Shown here piece after piece: positions 24,161 through 34,989 of a DNA stretch of 64,000 nucleotides. The translations under genes and the position numbers were made by a program. A model generated the notes under the pieces. It did not search any database. It was not told where the DNA came from and worked only from the letters and a program-made list of their open reading frames with translations. The DNA comes from Camelus ferus (Eukaryota). Location of the stretch: NCBI RefSeq assembly GCF_009834535.1, contig NC_045697.1:436001-500000 (forward strand), in the 5' to 3' direction. Position 1 is the stretch's first letter, and every line of letters begins with the position of its first letter.

Positions 24161-24879
24161 GCCTCCACTGGGAAAGATCGCTCCACGCAGGCGTGTGTGT
24201 AAAGGTCCTGGAGCGGACAATGCTTGTGGTGTTCAGGGCATAGCAGAGCTGCTGGAGTGACGTTAGCATGGAGAGATTCTGGGAGATGAGGTTGAAGGGG
24301 TAGCGGGGCCGGATCACAGAGGGTCTACAAATCCATTGTAAAGATTTGAGGAGGCAGGTGGGTGGATGGAGGAAATGATGTGGCTTTCATTTAAGATTTT
24401 TATCACGTGGAGTAAAGAATGAAGAAGGGTCAAAAGTGGAAGCGGGGAGGCTGTTGTCATAGTCCGGATGACTGTGGTGACTTGGACCAGGTGCTAATCG
24501 TGGAGATGTAAAAAGTGTTGGGTTCTGTATTGTCCCTGTTTTACAAGTTGGAACCTGAGCATTGGAGAAAGTCACAGATAGAAGTTGCAGAGGCATAATT
24601 AGAGCCGAGGTGGTTTGATTCCGAAGCCCAGAACTACACTCCAGAGCTACCCTGACTCCCTGGGAGGCAAGAGGAAAAGTCCCAGACGGGGACCTGACTC
24701 GAGAACTTCACCCTGGACATGACTGTGCAGGCAGCCCTGGAAAGGGGGCATTTCCTGGGTGGGAAGGCTGTGGCACTCTTGAGCCTGGCCTGTGTGTTGG
24801 TGTGACTTCAGTTCAGGCCTCGTTCCCTCCAGAAGTTTGTTGACTATGTGTATAGTGTATATTCTATACTTCTTAGAAT

Positions 24880-27800
24880 GCTCCATCTCAAGAGGGTCTT
24901 CAAAAAGGTAACAATGATGATTCTGGAAAAGATGAAGTAAGTCCATTTCACTCTATTTCCCCTGCTAATTACAACTGAAAACTCTGGGCAAACTGTATAA
25001 GGCGACCATCAGAGGACTGAGAAGCAGGGAAGGGAAGATGACTCAAAGGGCGACCCAGCAGTGAGCTCCTGTTTGTTCCCCCACCCCTGTGCACCTGACC
25101 TGGGTGCTGGAGCAATCTGCAACCACACACTGTGTTGTTGGTGAGAAAGAAAACCTGCTCAGGAAGAGTCTGCTCTCTTGGGAAGGGACTGGAACGGGCA
25201 GGCCCTGCAGCAGGACCCTCTGACGACTCCTGCCCTGCTCCACGTGAGCAGCATGAAGGGACTGCACCCACCCCAGTGGTTGCTCCACGTGAAGACTGGG
25301 GTGAAGCCCCATCCTGCACTTGGCGAAGGACAATACAGAGGTGGAGTTGGGGCAGGATTACCTAGGGAGGGAGCTGGAGAAAGCGCTCTTTAAATCTGTG
25401 CATGGGGAGTCCTGGGCACACCTCTGAGCGGCCTGTGCATGTGACCAACCAGAACAAATAGAGCAGAAGCTTTGAGAACCCACCAACAGTGTGGAGAACA
25501 CCCAGGTTTGAGACTGGCCTCTAGGCAGCACACACGCAGGGCAGATCAGGATAGAAGTGCAGAGTCTCAGAAAACGGACATTAGGACATGGGATCTGAAT
25601 CTAAGTGGGCTGACTACCTGCTGAAATAGAACATTTGAATAGGAGCCAGTTATATAACATAGTACTCAAAATGTCCAGGATACGTTCCAAAGTTATGCAC
25701 CACACCAAGAACCGTGAGTGAAGAGAGACAGTTCATGGACACCAACACCAAAATGACAGCCACTGAAATCACCTAAGAGTTTTAAAGCAGTCAACATAAA
25801 AATGCATCAACAAGAAGTCTGAACACTCAAAATAACTAGAAAAATGGGAAATCTCAGAAAGAAAGAGTAGAGATATTAAAAGAAAATGGACACATTAGAA
25901 CCAGGAAACATACAATAATTGAAGTTGAAAACCAACCAAATGAACTCAATAAAAGAATGGAGATGACAGAGAAAAGAGTCGGTGAACCTGGAACTAGATG
26001 GATAGAAATAATCAAGTCTGGTCAATGGAGAGAAAACAGATGGAAAGAAGAGCCTCATGAATCTCTAGGACAGTGATCAAAGGTCTGTAACTTGCGAGTC
26101 CCAGAGCAAAGGAGGAAGATTATAGGGCTGACTAGACACTGAAAGAAATGATGGCTAGAAACTTCCCAAATTTGGGGAAAGAGGTAAACCTACAGATTCA
26201 AGAAGCTGAGTGAACCCTAAACAGGCTCAACTCCCAAGTCCATCACCAGATCCATCATGATCAAATTTCTCGAAACCAAAGACAAAAACAATTATGTTAA
26301 AAATCCAGAGAGGAATGCTGCATTACTGATGGGGAAAAACAATTTGAGTGACAGCAGACTTCTCATGAGAAATGTAGAGGCCAGAAAGAAGGGGCACATT
26401 TTCAAGTGCTGAAGGAAAAAGAATTGTCAAACAATTCTGTATCCACCAAAATACCCTTCAGAATGAAGGCAAAACATTCTTAGGTCAAGGAAAACTAAGA
26501 GTTTTTCACCAGAACACCTGCTTTAAAATAATTGCTAAAGGAAGTTCTTCAAACAGAAAGAAAATGGTGACAAGGAAACTGAAGATCAGGAATGAAGAGA
26601 GAATGGCTGGAGGGGAGCCACAATAGAGTGTCCTCTTTCCGTTTTTTAAAAAAAAGTTGTTTGCATGCACCCCAGTATTCACAGCAGCACTATTTACAAT
26701 AGCCAAGACATGGAAACAACCCAAATGTCCATCAACAGATGGCTGGATAAAGAAGGTGTGGTGTATTTATACAATGAAATACTACTCAGCCATAAAATGG
26801 ATAAAATAATGCCATTTTGCAGCAACATGGATGGACCTGGAGATCATCATTCTAAGTTAAGTAAGCCAGAAAGAGAAAGAAAAATACCATATATCGCTTA
26901 TATGTGGAATCTAAAAGGCACAAATGAACTTATCAACAAAACAGAAACAGACTCACAGACAGAGAGCAAACTTATGGTTACCAGGGGTTAAAGGGGGAAG
27001 GAAGGGATAAATTGGGAATTCAAAAATTGCATCTGTTGGGGAGTGATGGAAATGTTAGCTGTCTTGATTGTGGTGGTGGTTTGATGGGTGTATACATCTA
27101 TCAAAATTCATCAAAGTGTACATTTGGAATATGTGTAGTTTACTGTACAGGAATTACACCACAGTAAAAGTGTTTTTAAAAGTTGTTTGACCGTCTAAAG
27201 CAAAAAATATAACATTGTCTGATGATGTTCTCAAAGTATGTAGAAGTATTTAAGAAACTGTATTACAAAGGGTGGGAGGACAGAGGGCATGACCATAAAG
27301 TTTCTGATTCCTCTTGAAATGGTAAAATATTGATCCTTCTAGACTGTGGTAAGTTAAGTACCTGCTGTGTATTGTAACCCCTAGAGCAACCACTAATAAA
27401 AACAAAGAGATGCAGTGAAAAATACTATAGATAAAACAAAATGGAGTATTATAAAACGTTCAGGTGACCCACGGGAAGGTACAAAATAGAAAACAGAAAC
27501 AAAAACCAAAGGGAACAAGAAGAAAGCAAGCCGTAAAGCGGCAGACCTAAATCCTGATACACCAAGAACTCCATTACATGTGAACAGTCCAGAGACCAGA
27601 CAAAGGTGGTCAGAACGGAATTTTTAAAAATGACCCAACGATCATGCAGTCTTCAAGAAAACCACTTTGGTTGTAATGCTATGATTAGGTTAAAAGTAAA
27701 AGGGTTAAAAAGATGAATCATTCTGATGATCAGAAGAAATCTTGTGTGGCTCTGTAAGTATCAGGCAAAGTAGACTTAAGAGCAAAGGAAATTACCAAGG

Positions 27801-28070
27801 ACAAAGAGAGGGTGTTACCTAGTGATAAAGGGGAGACAACCATCGTAAATGCATCCGCAGTCTCAAAACACGCGAAGTAAAACTGCTGAAAGGAGAAATC
27901 AGATGAATCCACCCTTGTAGCTGGGATGGCCACACTCCTAGGCAATGGACAGGACTACTGGACATGTAAGAGCTGACCGCCACCAGCCAACAGGGCCAAC
28001 TTGACTTTTACAGGATGTTCCCCCTGAACAGCAGAAAACATTTCTTTTCGAGACCGCGTGGCACATTCAC
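24880..28070 (+). mobile_element. Old LINE-1 (5' region/ORF1/endonuclease) with nested L1 3' fragment at about 26660-27180
   Basis: L1 ORF1-like segments (gaaacttcccaaatttggggaaagaggtaaacctacagattcaagaagc). Inserted ORF2-tail piece tgcaccccagtattcacagcagcactatttacaatagccaagacatgg. Confidence 0.8.
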
Positions 28071-29369
28071 CCAGTGAGGCAGCGAAGCCCTAAGCCTGAT
28101 CCAGCACCTTGGCTGAAGCAGCGGGGTGTTCCTGGAGAGGAGCGCACAGCCGGGCAGTCAGAGGGCTCTCCAGGTACATGGCACCTGGGGGTGTCCGCTG
28201 GGTGCCAGGCCAGCTCTAAGAGACAGCTGGGCCACACCAGCACCACGCACCTGTACGCACTGGCCCTGCCCCTGTGGACACACTCACCTCTCCGCTTTTC
28301 CCCGCAAGTACCCCGACCCCTGCGGCCTACCGTCCTCTGCCTGCCACCGCCCCGCGGGGCTCATCACCCTCCCGCACCTGCCTTCCTGTTCCAGCAGGTT
28401 CTGTAAGGTGCGGTGCGGGTGCAGGGACGCACCGCGAACCTCTTCCATGGGCCTCCGGGGCCTGGCCCTGGGCTTCCTGACACAGCGCGATGGGGATGAA
28501 GGGGACGAGGGAGAGGGCCCCACAGCAAGTGTTCATGAAGGGATTCTGGATGCACGAGTGCGGGGGAGGTTTGCCACGAAGCTCCCGCGCTGAGCAAGGC
28601 CCACCCGCCCCCCAGAGGAGGTGTCATGCCCCACGGCTGCCACCAGGTGGCAGGGGAACCATGTGCTCGCGGCCAGTGAACGGACCAGCCCGCGGGACAC
28701 GGGGACCTGGAGCGCAGACAGGCAGCCCGACGTGCTTGCCCCCAGAACGTAAGGGTGCACCTGTCTTAGGGCACAGAGCCCGAGTGAGCACTTGTGGCCT
28801 GCTCAGTGCAGAACTCAGTGTGCCATCGGCACCTGCAAGCCCTTGGTGAAGTATCCCTCCATTGCTGTAGGGCTTTCGCACGTGATGTTTCCTGTCTGAG
28901 CCAGAGTGGGGGCCACACCTGCTTCTCTGGTGGCTTAGGACAGACACCAGAGGGCCGAGCTGACAAGCATGTGGCAGGTCAGGACTGTGCCAGGTGCTCC
29001 AGGGAAGGAGCTGCCTCCAGCTCAGAACACGGGTACAGAGCTCAGAGTCCCCAAGCTGTCAGCCAGTGCTCTTCTGTGGCTCCCTGACTGCCTCCACCTG
29101 GAGAAAGTGAGAGGCCAACGCCTGAAACTCTTCACATGCTGTTTTTAGTCCCAATGAGCAAAAGCGCACTGTTAGCTGGATCTGACGACTGGTGTGAGGT
29201 CACTCATGTCCTAGATGGGTGTGCTTCCCTGGACTCTGCTGGGGCTCAGAGCTGCGAGCAGGTGGCACGGCTACCACGTGCCCTTCCTGGACTCGAACGT
29301 CAGACACGGTCTCAGGTCCCCACAGATCCCCATGAAATTTTTAATTTGTTTGTTTCATTTTAACAATGA

Positions 29370-30590
29370 TCTAAAAATGAAGACTTAAATATAAGACATG
29401 ACACCATAAAACTTCCAGAAGAGGACACAAGCAAAACATTCTCTGACACAAATCATAGCAGTGTTCTTAGATCGGTCTCCCAAGGCAAAAGAACGGAAAA
29501 CAAAAATAAACAAAGGGGACCTAATTAAACATAAGCTTTTTCAAATCAAAGGAAACCATAAACAGAATGAGAAGACAACCTACAAAATGGGAGAAAATAT
29601 TTGCAAACGATGTGCCTGACAAGGGCGTAATTTCCAAAATAAACAGCTCATACAACTCAATACAAAACAAACAAACAAATCAAAACAATGAAGAAATGGA
29701 CAGAAGACCTAAATAGACATTTCTCCAAAAAAGACATACAGATGACCAACAGGCACATGAAAAGATGCTCAACATAGCTAATTATTAGAGAAATGTAAAT
29801 CAAAGCTACAATGATAAAACAGCCATCATCAAAAAGTCTATAAACAATAATGCTGGAGAGAGTGTGGATAAATGGGGGCCTTCTATACTGTGGGTGGGAA
29901 TGTAAATTGGTCCAGCCACTATGGAGGGCAGTATGGAGATTCCTTAAAAAGCTAAAAATAGACTTACAATATTATCCAGCAATCCCACTCCTGGGCATAT
30001 ATCTGGAGAAAACTAATTAAAAAAGATACATCCACTCCAGTATTCATAGTGGCAATATTTACAACAGCCAAGACATGGAAACAACCTAAGTGTCTATCAA
30101 CAGATGACTGGATAAAGAAGTTGTGGTACATCCGTACAATGGAATATTACTCAGCCATAAAAAGAATTAAATCTTGCCATTTACAACATGGATGGACCTA
30201 GGGATTATCATACTAAGTGAAGTAATTCAGACAGAAAGACAAATATTGTATGGTATCATTTGTATGTAGAATCTAAAAAGTGATACAAATGAAGTTATTT
30301 ACAAAACAGAAACAGACTCACAGACATAGGAAACAAACTTACGGTCATCAAAGGGGAAGGGATAAATTAGGGACATGGAATTAACAGATACCTACTACTA
30401 TATATAAAATAGATAAACAACAAGGATTTACTATATAGCACAGGGAGCCATATTCAGTATCTTGTATCTTGTAATAACCTATAATGGAAAAGGATCTGAA
30501 ATGACTGAAAGGATCTACATGACTGAACCACTTTGCTGTACACTTGAAACTAATACAATATTGTAAATCAACTATACTTCAATTTTTTTT
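29370..30590 (+). mobile_element. LINE-1 3' portion (ORF2 C-terminus and 3'UTR)
   Basis: Typical L1 segments gaagacctaaatagacatttctccaaa and ccagcaatcccactcctgggcatatatc. Ends in aaatcaactatacttcaat. Confidence 0.88.
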
Positions 30591-30709
30591 AATTTAAAAG
30601 TTATTTTTAAAGAAGTTCATAACAGCCAAGAAGGAAACACCTCAAAAACACCTTTCTATTACTAAACCCAATCTCAGTGATTTTGGTGTCTCTTTAACTC
30701 TAGTAACAT

Positions 30710-31040
30710 TTATTCAGTTAAGGTCTGCTTTGATTTACACCACCTTTTGTTTGGTTTATATTTACCAGGTATGTCTTTTTCCATTCTTTTACTTTTAACC
30801 TTTCCTTATATTTAAATGGTTTTGTTTGAAAACAGCATATAGTTGTTTTATTTTTAAGTCTAGCCTGACAGTCTTTGCCTTTTCCTTGGAGAGTTTGTCC
30901 ACTTACACTTAATTTAATGTAAAATGTAGTTAGGTTTAAGCCTATCATATTGTTGTTTGGTTTTCATTTGTCCTATTTGTTCCTTGTTCCTTTATCCGTT
31001 CTTTCTTGCCTTTTTAAAAAAATTGAGTATTTTTTCCATT
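30710..31040 (-). mobile_element. Old LINE-1 endonuclease-region fragment
   Basis: T-rich plus strand; the minus translation resembles L1 ORF2 N-terminus (TTICCFQ...RLKVKEWKK). Confidence 0.6.
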
Positions 31041-32671
31041 TTTTTCTCCATTAGCAACCCATACATTCTGAGAGTCTAGGACCATATTCTCTTCTAAAGG
31101 AAAATTAGAGCACATGGCCTGACACGTCTCCAGGCTCTCCCTGTGGCTGCAGCAGGCTTTGAGTAGCTGCGCTCTGCCCTGCGGATCTGCCTGGGAGAGC
31201 TGTCTGAGGAGACCTCGGAGTTGGGGTCCAGGTGGTGGGTGGGTGGAGCAGGTGGAGTCATGGAGGAGCCAGGGCAGAACCAGGGTGAGCTGCAGTGTCC
31301 ACAGGGGACAAGGACTCTCAGGACAAGGGGAGGCCAGGCTGAGACGTGTCCCCACAGAGCTGTCAGACGCTGTCTGGCTGCGTCTGCCTTCCTGCCTCAG
31401 CCCCTCCACTGGGTGAGGTGATTCTTGAGCTTGTGTCCTGAGCTAAGTCCATCCAGCTCGTGGGCCATGAAATGGCAGACAGGGTGGGCAAGCCACTCCT
31501 GTCCCTCCTCCTTGTCCTTGTCACCCTCCTCCCCTTGAAATGCAGGTTGAAAATTTCACAGGTTACCAGGAAAACAACCACAGAGCCATTCACCCAGGAG
31601 TCGGGGGGCCCCTGGGGTCAGGGAGCACAAGGAAACACTTATAGCACATTCCGTGTGTCTGTCTGGGTTCTAGGGGCGTTACCAGTATTGGTTACCATCC
31701 AAGAGAATAGACGTGTTGTTAGTCTTTATCCCATTTCACAGATGAAGTGGAGGGGCTAGGAGCTGCCCAAGGGAGAGCTGAGGTGGGACCTGGGCAGTTA
31801 AACCCCACGGCCTCAAACTAGCTTCTTCCCACAGTGGCCACATGGCAGAGAGGGTTCTCCCCAGCACCCCTCCCAGATGCCCCTCCATGGAGGCTCTGCT
31901 GTGTTTGCCTGAGTCTTTGCAGTATGGGCTGTGATTCACGTGTAATGGACAAGGTGAGCTGAGAGGTGAGTTGGACACAGTCCAGCGTGAGGCTGAATTG
32001 ATGTAAACACGCACGGTCAGCACTGACAGAGGGTCAGCCCCACTAGAGGTAGTGCCTGCTTCTCTTTGGTCTTTTTTGCTGTAAAACTGGGGAAGCTGAC
32101 ACGGTTTCTGACTTGCGTGTTAAATATCCTACTGGATTTTCCATGAAGCTCTGAGACCCTGGGCCGGAGCAGCTTAGCTGTGTGGGCGCACTCAGCCAGG
32201 AGTGTGTAGACCCCGCCCCACTCACCAGGCTCTGTGGGCACTTTGCCCGCGCCTACCCCTCCCCGTGGGGCACTGTGGGTCCCGGAGGCTGAGGCTCAGA
32301 AGACACCCTGACTTGTGCTGCCCTGTCTTGCGTTGCCAAGCTCACCTCGAGACCTCACATACCTTCTGAGAATTCAACCACAGTTAGCAGGATTAACAGC
32401 ATGAGAGAGTCTTTTACTTCAGGAAGCCTGACAGCTGGGAAGACGGATCAGGCTTGGGTCCTGTGGTGGTGTTTGGGTTTCCCGTTGTCAGAATTACGCA
32501 GTTGGCTCTTGAGGCTGTTTGCAAGTCAGTCTGGCATAATTGGATAAACAAACTATCTCAAGAGAAAACCGTGCAGTGTGGCCCTCTGCCGAACAGCACC
32601 CACATCAAGGGTCGGCAGCCTGAGTGAGGTGGCGGCGCGAGCCCCACGCTCAGCAGGCATGCCTGACCTAC

Positions 32672-32798
32672 CTGTCACCAGCGTGTCACCTGGAATGTCC
32701 TCTATGATGCACTTTTCCTCTCGTTCCCCCATGTGGAAGTAAAAGGCTTCCGTGGAAAGCAGGAAACAAAAACTTAGAAGAAACGTTAACACTGGCAT
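32672..32798 (-). CDS. TMED11: TMED11 (p24 alpha1/gp25L) exon 1: signal peptide and GOLD domain start
   Basis: ATG at 32798 gives [42 protein letters not shown](G). 127 bp, donor ACAG|GTAGGT. Confidence 0.94.
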
Positions 32799-34149
32799 CT
32801 CTGTGGCTGCAGCCACTCCTGGTGGTGCTTTGTCAGCAGCGGATCCGTTGCAGGTGACCCTGCTCCTGGTGTCTGGTTTCCTTGGGTAACCTTGTACATT
32901 GATTTCTGTGAGAAGTGACATGTGGCGGCCGCACTTGGGTGACCACAGCCAGCCCCAGGGAACAAGATAAAGGGACATCTGAACCTGGGGCCTGGCCAAG
33001 CAGGGCTAAATCAGAGCTCCTACATCTCTGTTACTTGGAAGGACTTGGAAGTGTTCTCATGGATTGCAGGGCCACATGAGGCCAGGGGACCAGCGCCAGA
33101 GGCCACCCTGAAGCCCCACACCTGGCAGGTGCCCAGCAGTGGCCCGAGCTGTGCTGTCATGACCAAAATGAAATGGCCGTTTTCTGGTTGTCTCCACTGC
33201 TGGGCAGGAGGTAGGGGAGGAGAAAGTGGAGGTCATGGGGGTGGGGAAAGGAGCAGGTGTGCGCCTGTCGGGGGGTGGTGGGGCTGGGATGAAGGCATCT
33301 GGGGCTCAGAGGAGGCGCGAGCCCGCGTCTGACTGAGTCCTCACCCTGGGCGCCTCTCGGAGGCTGTTTTCTCAGTAAAAAACAGAAGAGAGTTAAAGTT
33401 GCTCAGTGTGAGGTATTAGCTTATTTTAGCTCTGGCACCCAGTGTTTCCTTTTTAAATGTTTTATTTTGAAATATTTATAGACTCACCAAAAGTTGCAAA
33501 ACTAGTATAGAGAGGTCCCATGTACCCACCGCCAGCGCCCCACAGTGGTAACGTCTGACACGACCAAGGTGCCGCCAGCTCGGCGCGGAGCCCGGAGGCA
33601 CGATGAGCTGGACCGCGACTGTACGTGGGTGTCACCAGCTCAGCACACACTCGTTTTTTTAAAATGTGAGTATACTGTCAAAAAGTGCTTCAACAAATAA
33701 TCACGAACACTCTTGAACAGGCAGGAAAACAGGCCAAGACGTGGCGTCACTTCCGGGTTAAGAGATAAGCACCCTGCGGCCAGGTGGTTCCGCAGAGCTG
33801 CTCTTTAGCTAGGAGACGGGGGACGGGCGACCCAGGGCGGGCATCCACCAAGCGGGCAAGAAGTGGTGGTCCCTGCCACGCGCTGCGAGGAGGAGCCTGT
33901 GGCACCACGTCCTCAGTGCACAGCGGCACTCAGAGGGGGCGCCCTCGGTCGGCTTTTCTGCACCGGCTGGTCTGCTGCTGGGTGTGCCCGGGCCAGGCCA
34001 TGGCGCCCAGCCCACTGTCTCCGCGTGTGACCTGCACTCAGCCACCCAGCCTGGGAGCCCACCTCCTTGCCCTCAGGGACCTGGCTCCCTGGGGGTTCAG
34101 TCTTTCCCTGCCTGTTGGCTGGTGCCTCCACTCCTGTCTCCCTCCCTGA

Positions 34150-34460
34150 CCACCAGTCTGTCTGGGCTGCTATGACAAAATGCCATAGACTGCATCGTTT
34201 GTAATCAGCAGACACTTATTTCTCATGGCTCTGGAGGCTGCAAGTCTGAGATCAGCATGCCAGCACAGTTGGGTGCAGCAAGGCTGTGTCCTCACTTCGC
34301 AGGTGACTGAAGGGGTGAGGGAGCCTGTGGGGTCATTTCTGTGAGGGCACTGGCCCCACACCTAACTCATCACCTCCCAAAGGCCCACCTCCTAGTACCA
34401 TCACACTGGGCGTTAGGACTCCAGCCTTCGAATTTTGAGGGACACACTTAGACCACAGCG
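34150..34460. mobile_element. MLT1-type (ERVL-MaLR) solo LTR
   Basis: gggctgctatgacaaaatgccatagactg...ttatttctcatggctctggaggctgcaagtctgagatcag...cacctcccaaaggcccacctcctagtaccatcaca, matching recalled MLT1A-like consensus. Confidence 0.75.
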
Positions 34461-34549
34461 ACTACCAGTGCTTTGCTGGTGAGAAGGGCCACAGTGGTGT
34501 TTACAGCTGAGACGCCAGGGCTGATCCCAGGCTCGCCTTCTCTGCCACT

Positions 34550-34735
34550 GACCTTCGGTGTGACCTTGGACAAGCTCCCGAACTGCTCTCTGCCGCGGTT
34601 TCCCCCTCTGTAAAGCTAGGATAACTCTAGGACCCCGTTTATAGGGTTGTTGTAAAGATCGGATGATACACGTGCAGAGAGTCGGGAACACTTGACCCCA
34701 GCACACAGGGAACGTTTCAGAAATGGTTGCTGCTA
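34550..34735. mobile_element. MIR SINE fragment
   Basis: tgtgaccttggacaagctcccgaactgctctctgccgcggtttccccctctgtaaagctaggataac, a MIR core. Confidence 0.6.
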
Positions 34736-34989
34736 CTGTGTTACAAACTGACATCCTGACGGTCTGGTCCGATGAGGTGTCTTCACTTCATCTCCACACA
34801 CTTCCACAGAACCTTTTCCTGTGGACATTTTTTAGCACACAAAACGAGAGAGTTATGTGATGAGCCCCAATTCTGTTCGTTTAACCACCAGACACACCAG
34901 ACCCGTACTTTTCCTGGAGTATTTTAAAGCGAATTCCAGGTCAGAGGTCATTTTCACTCAGTTTTCCACGTGCATCTCTAACTAGTAAG

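Noticed and set aside
32955..32985. PTF1-type E-box plus TC-box (pancreatic) and GATA site upstream of TMED11
   Set aside because: CAGATG, AGATAA and TTCCC are present, but the E-box variant and spacing do not fit the canonical PTF1 site well. Too short to support.
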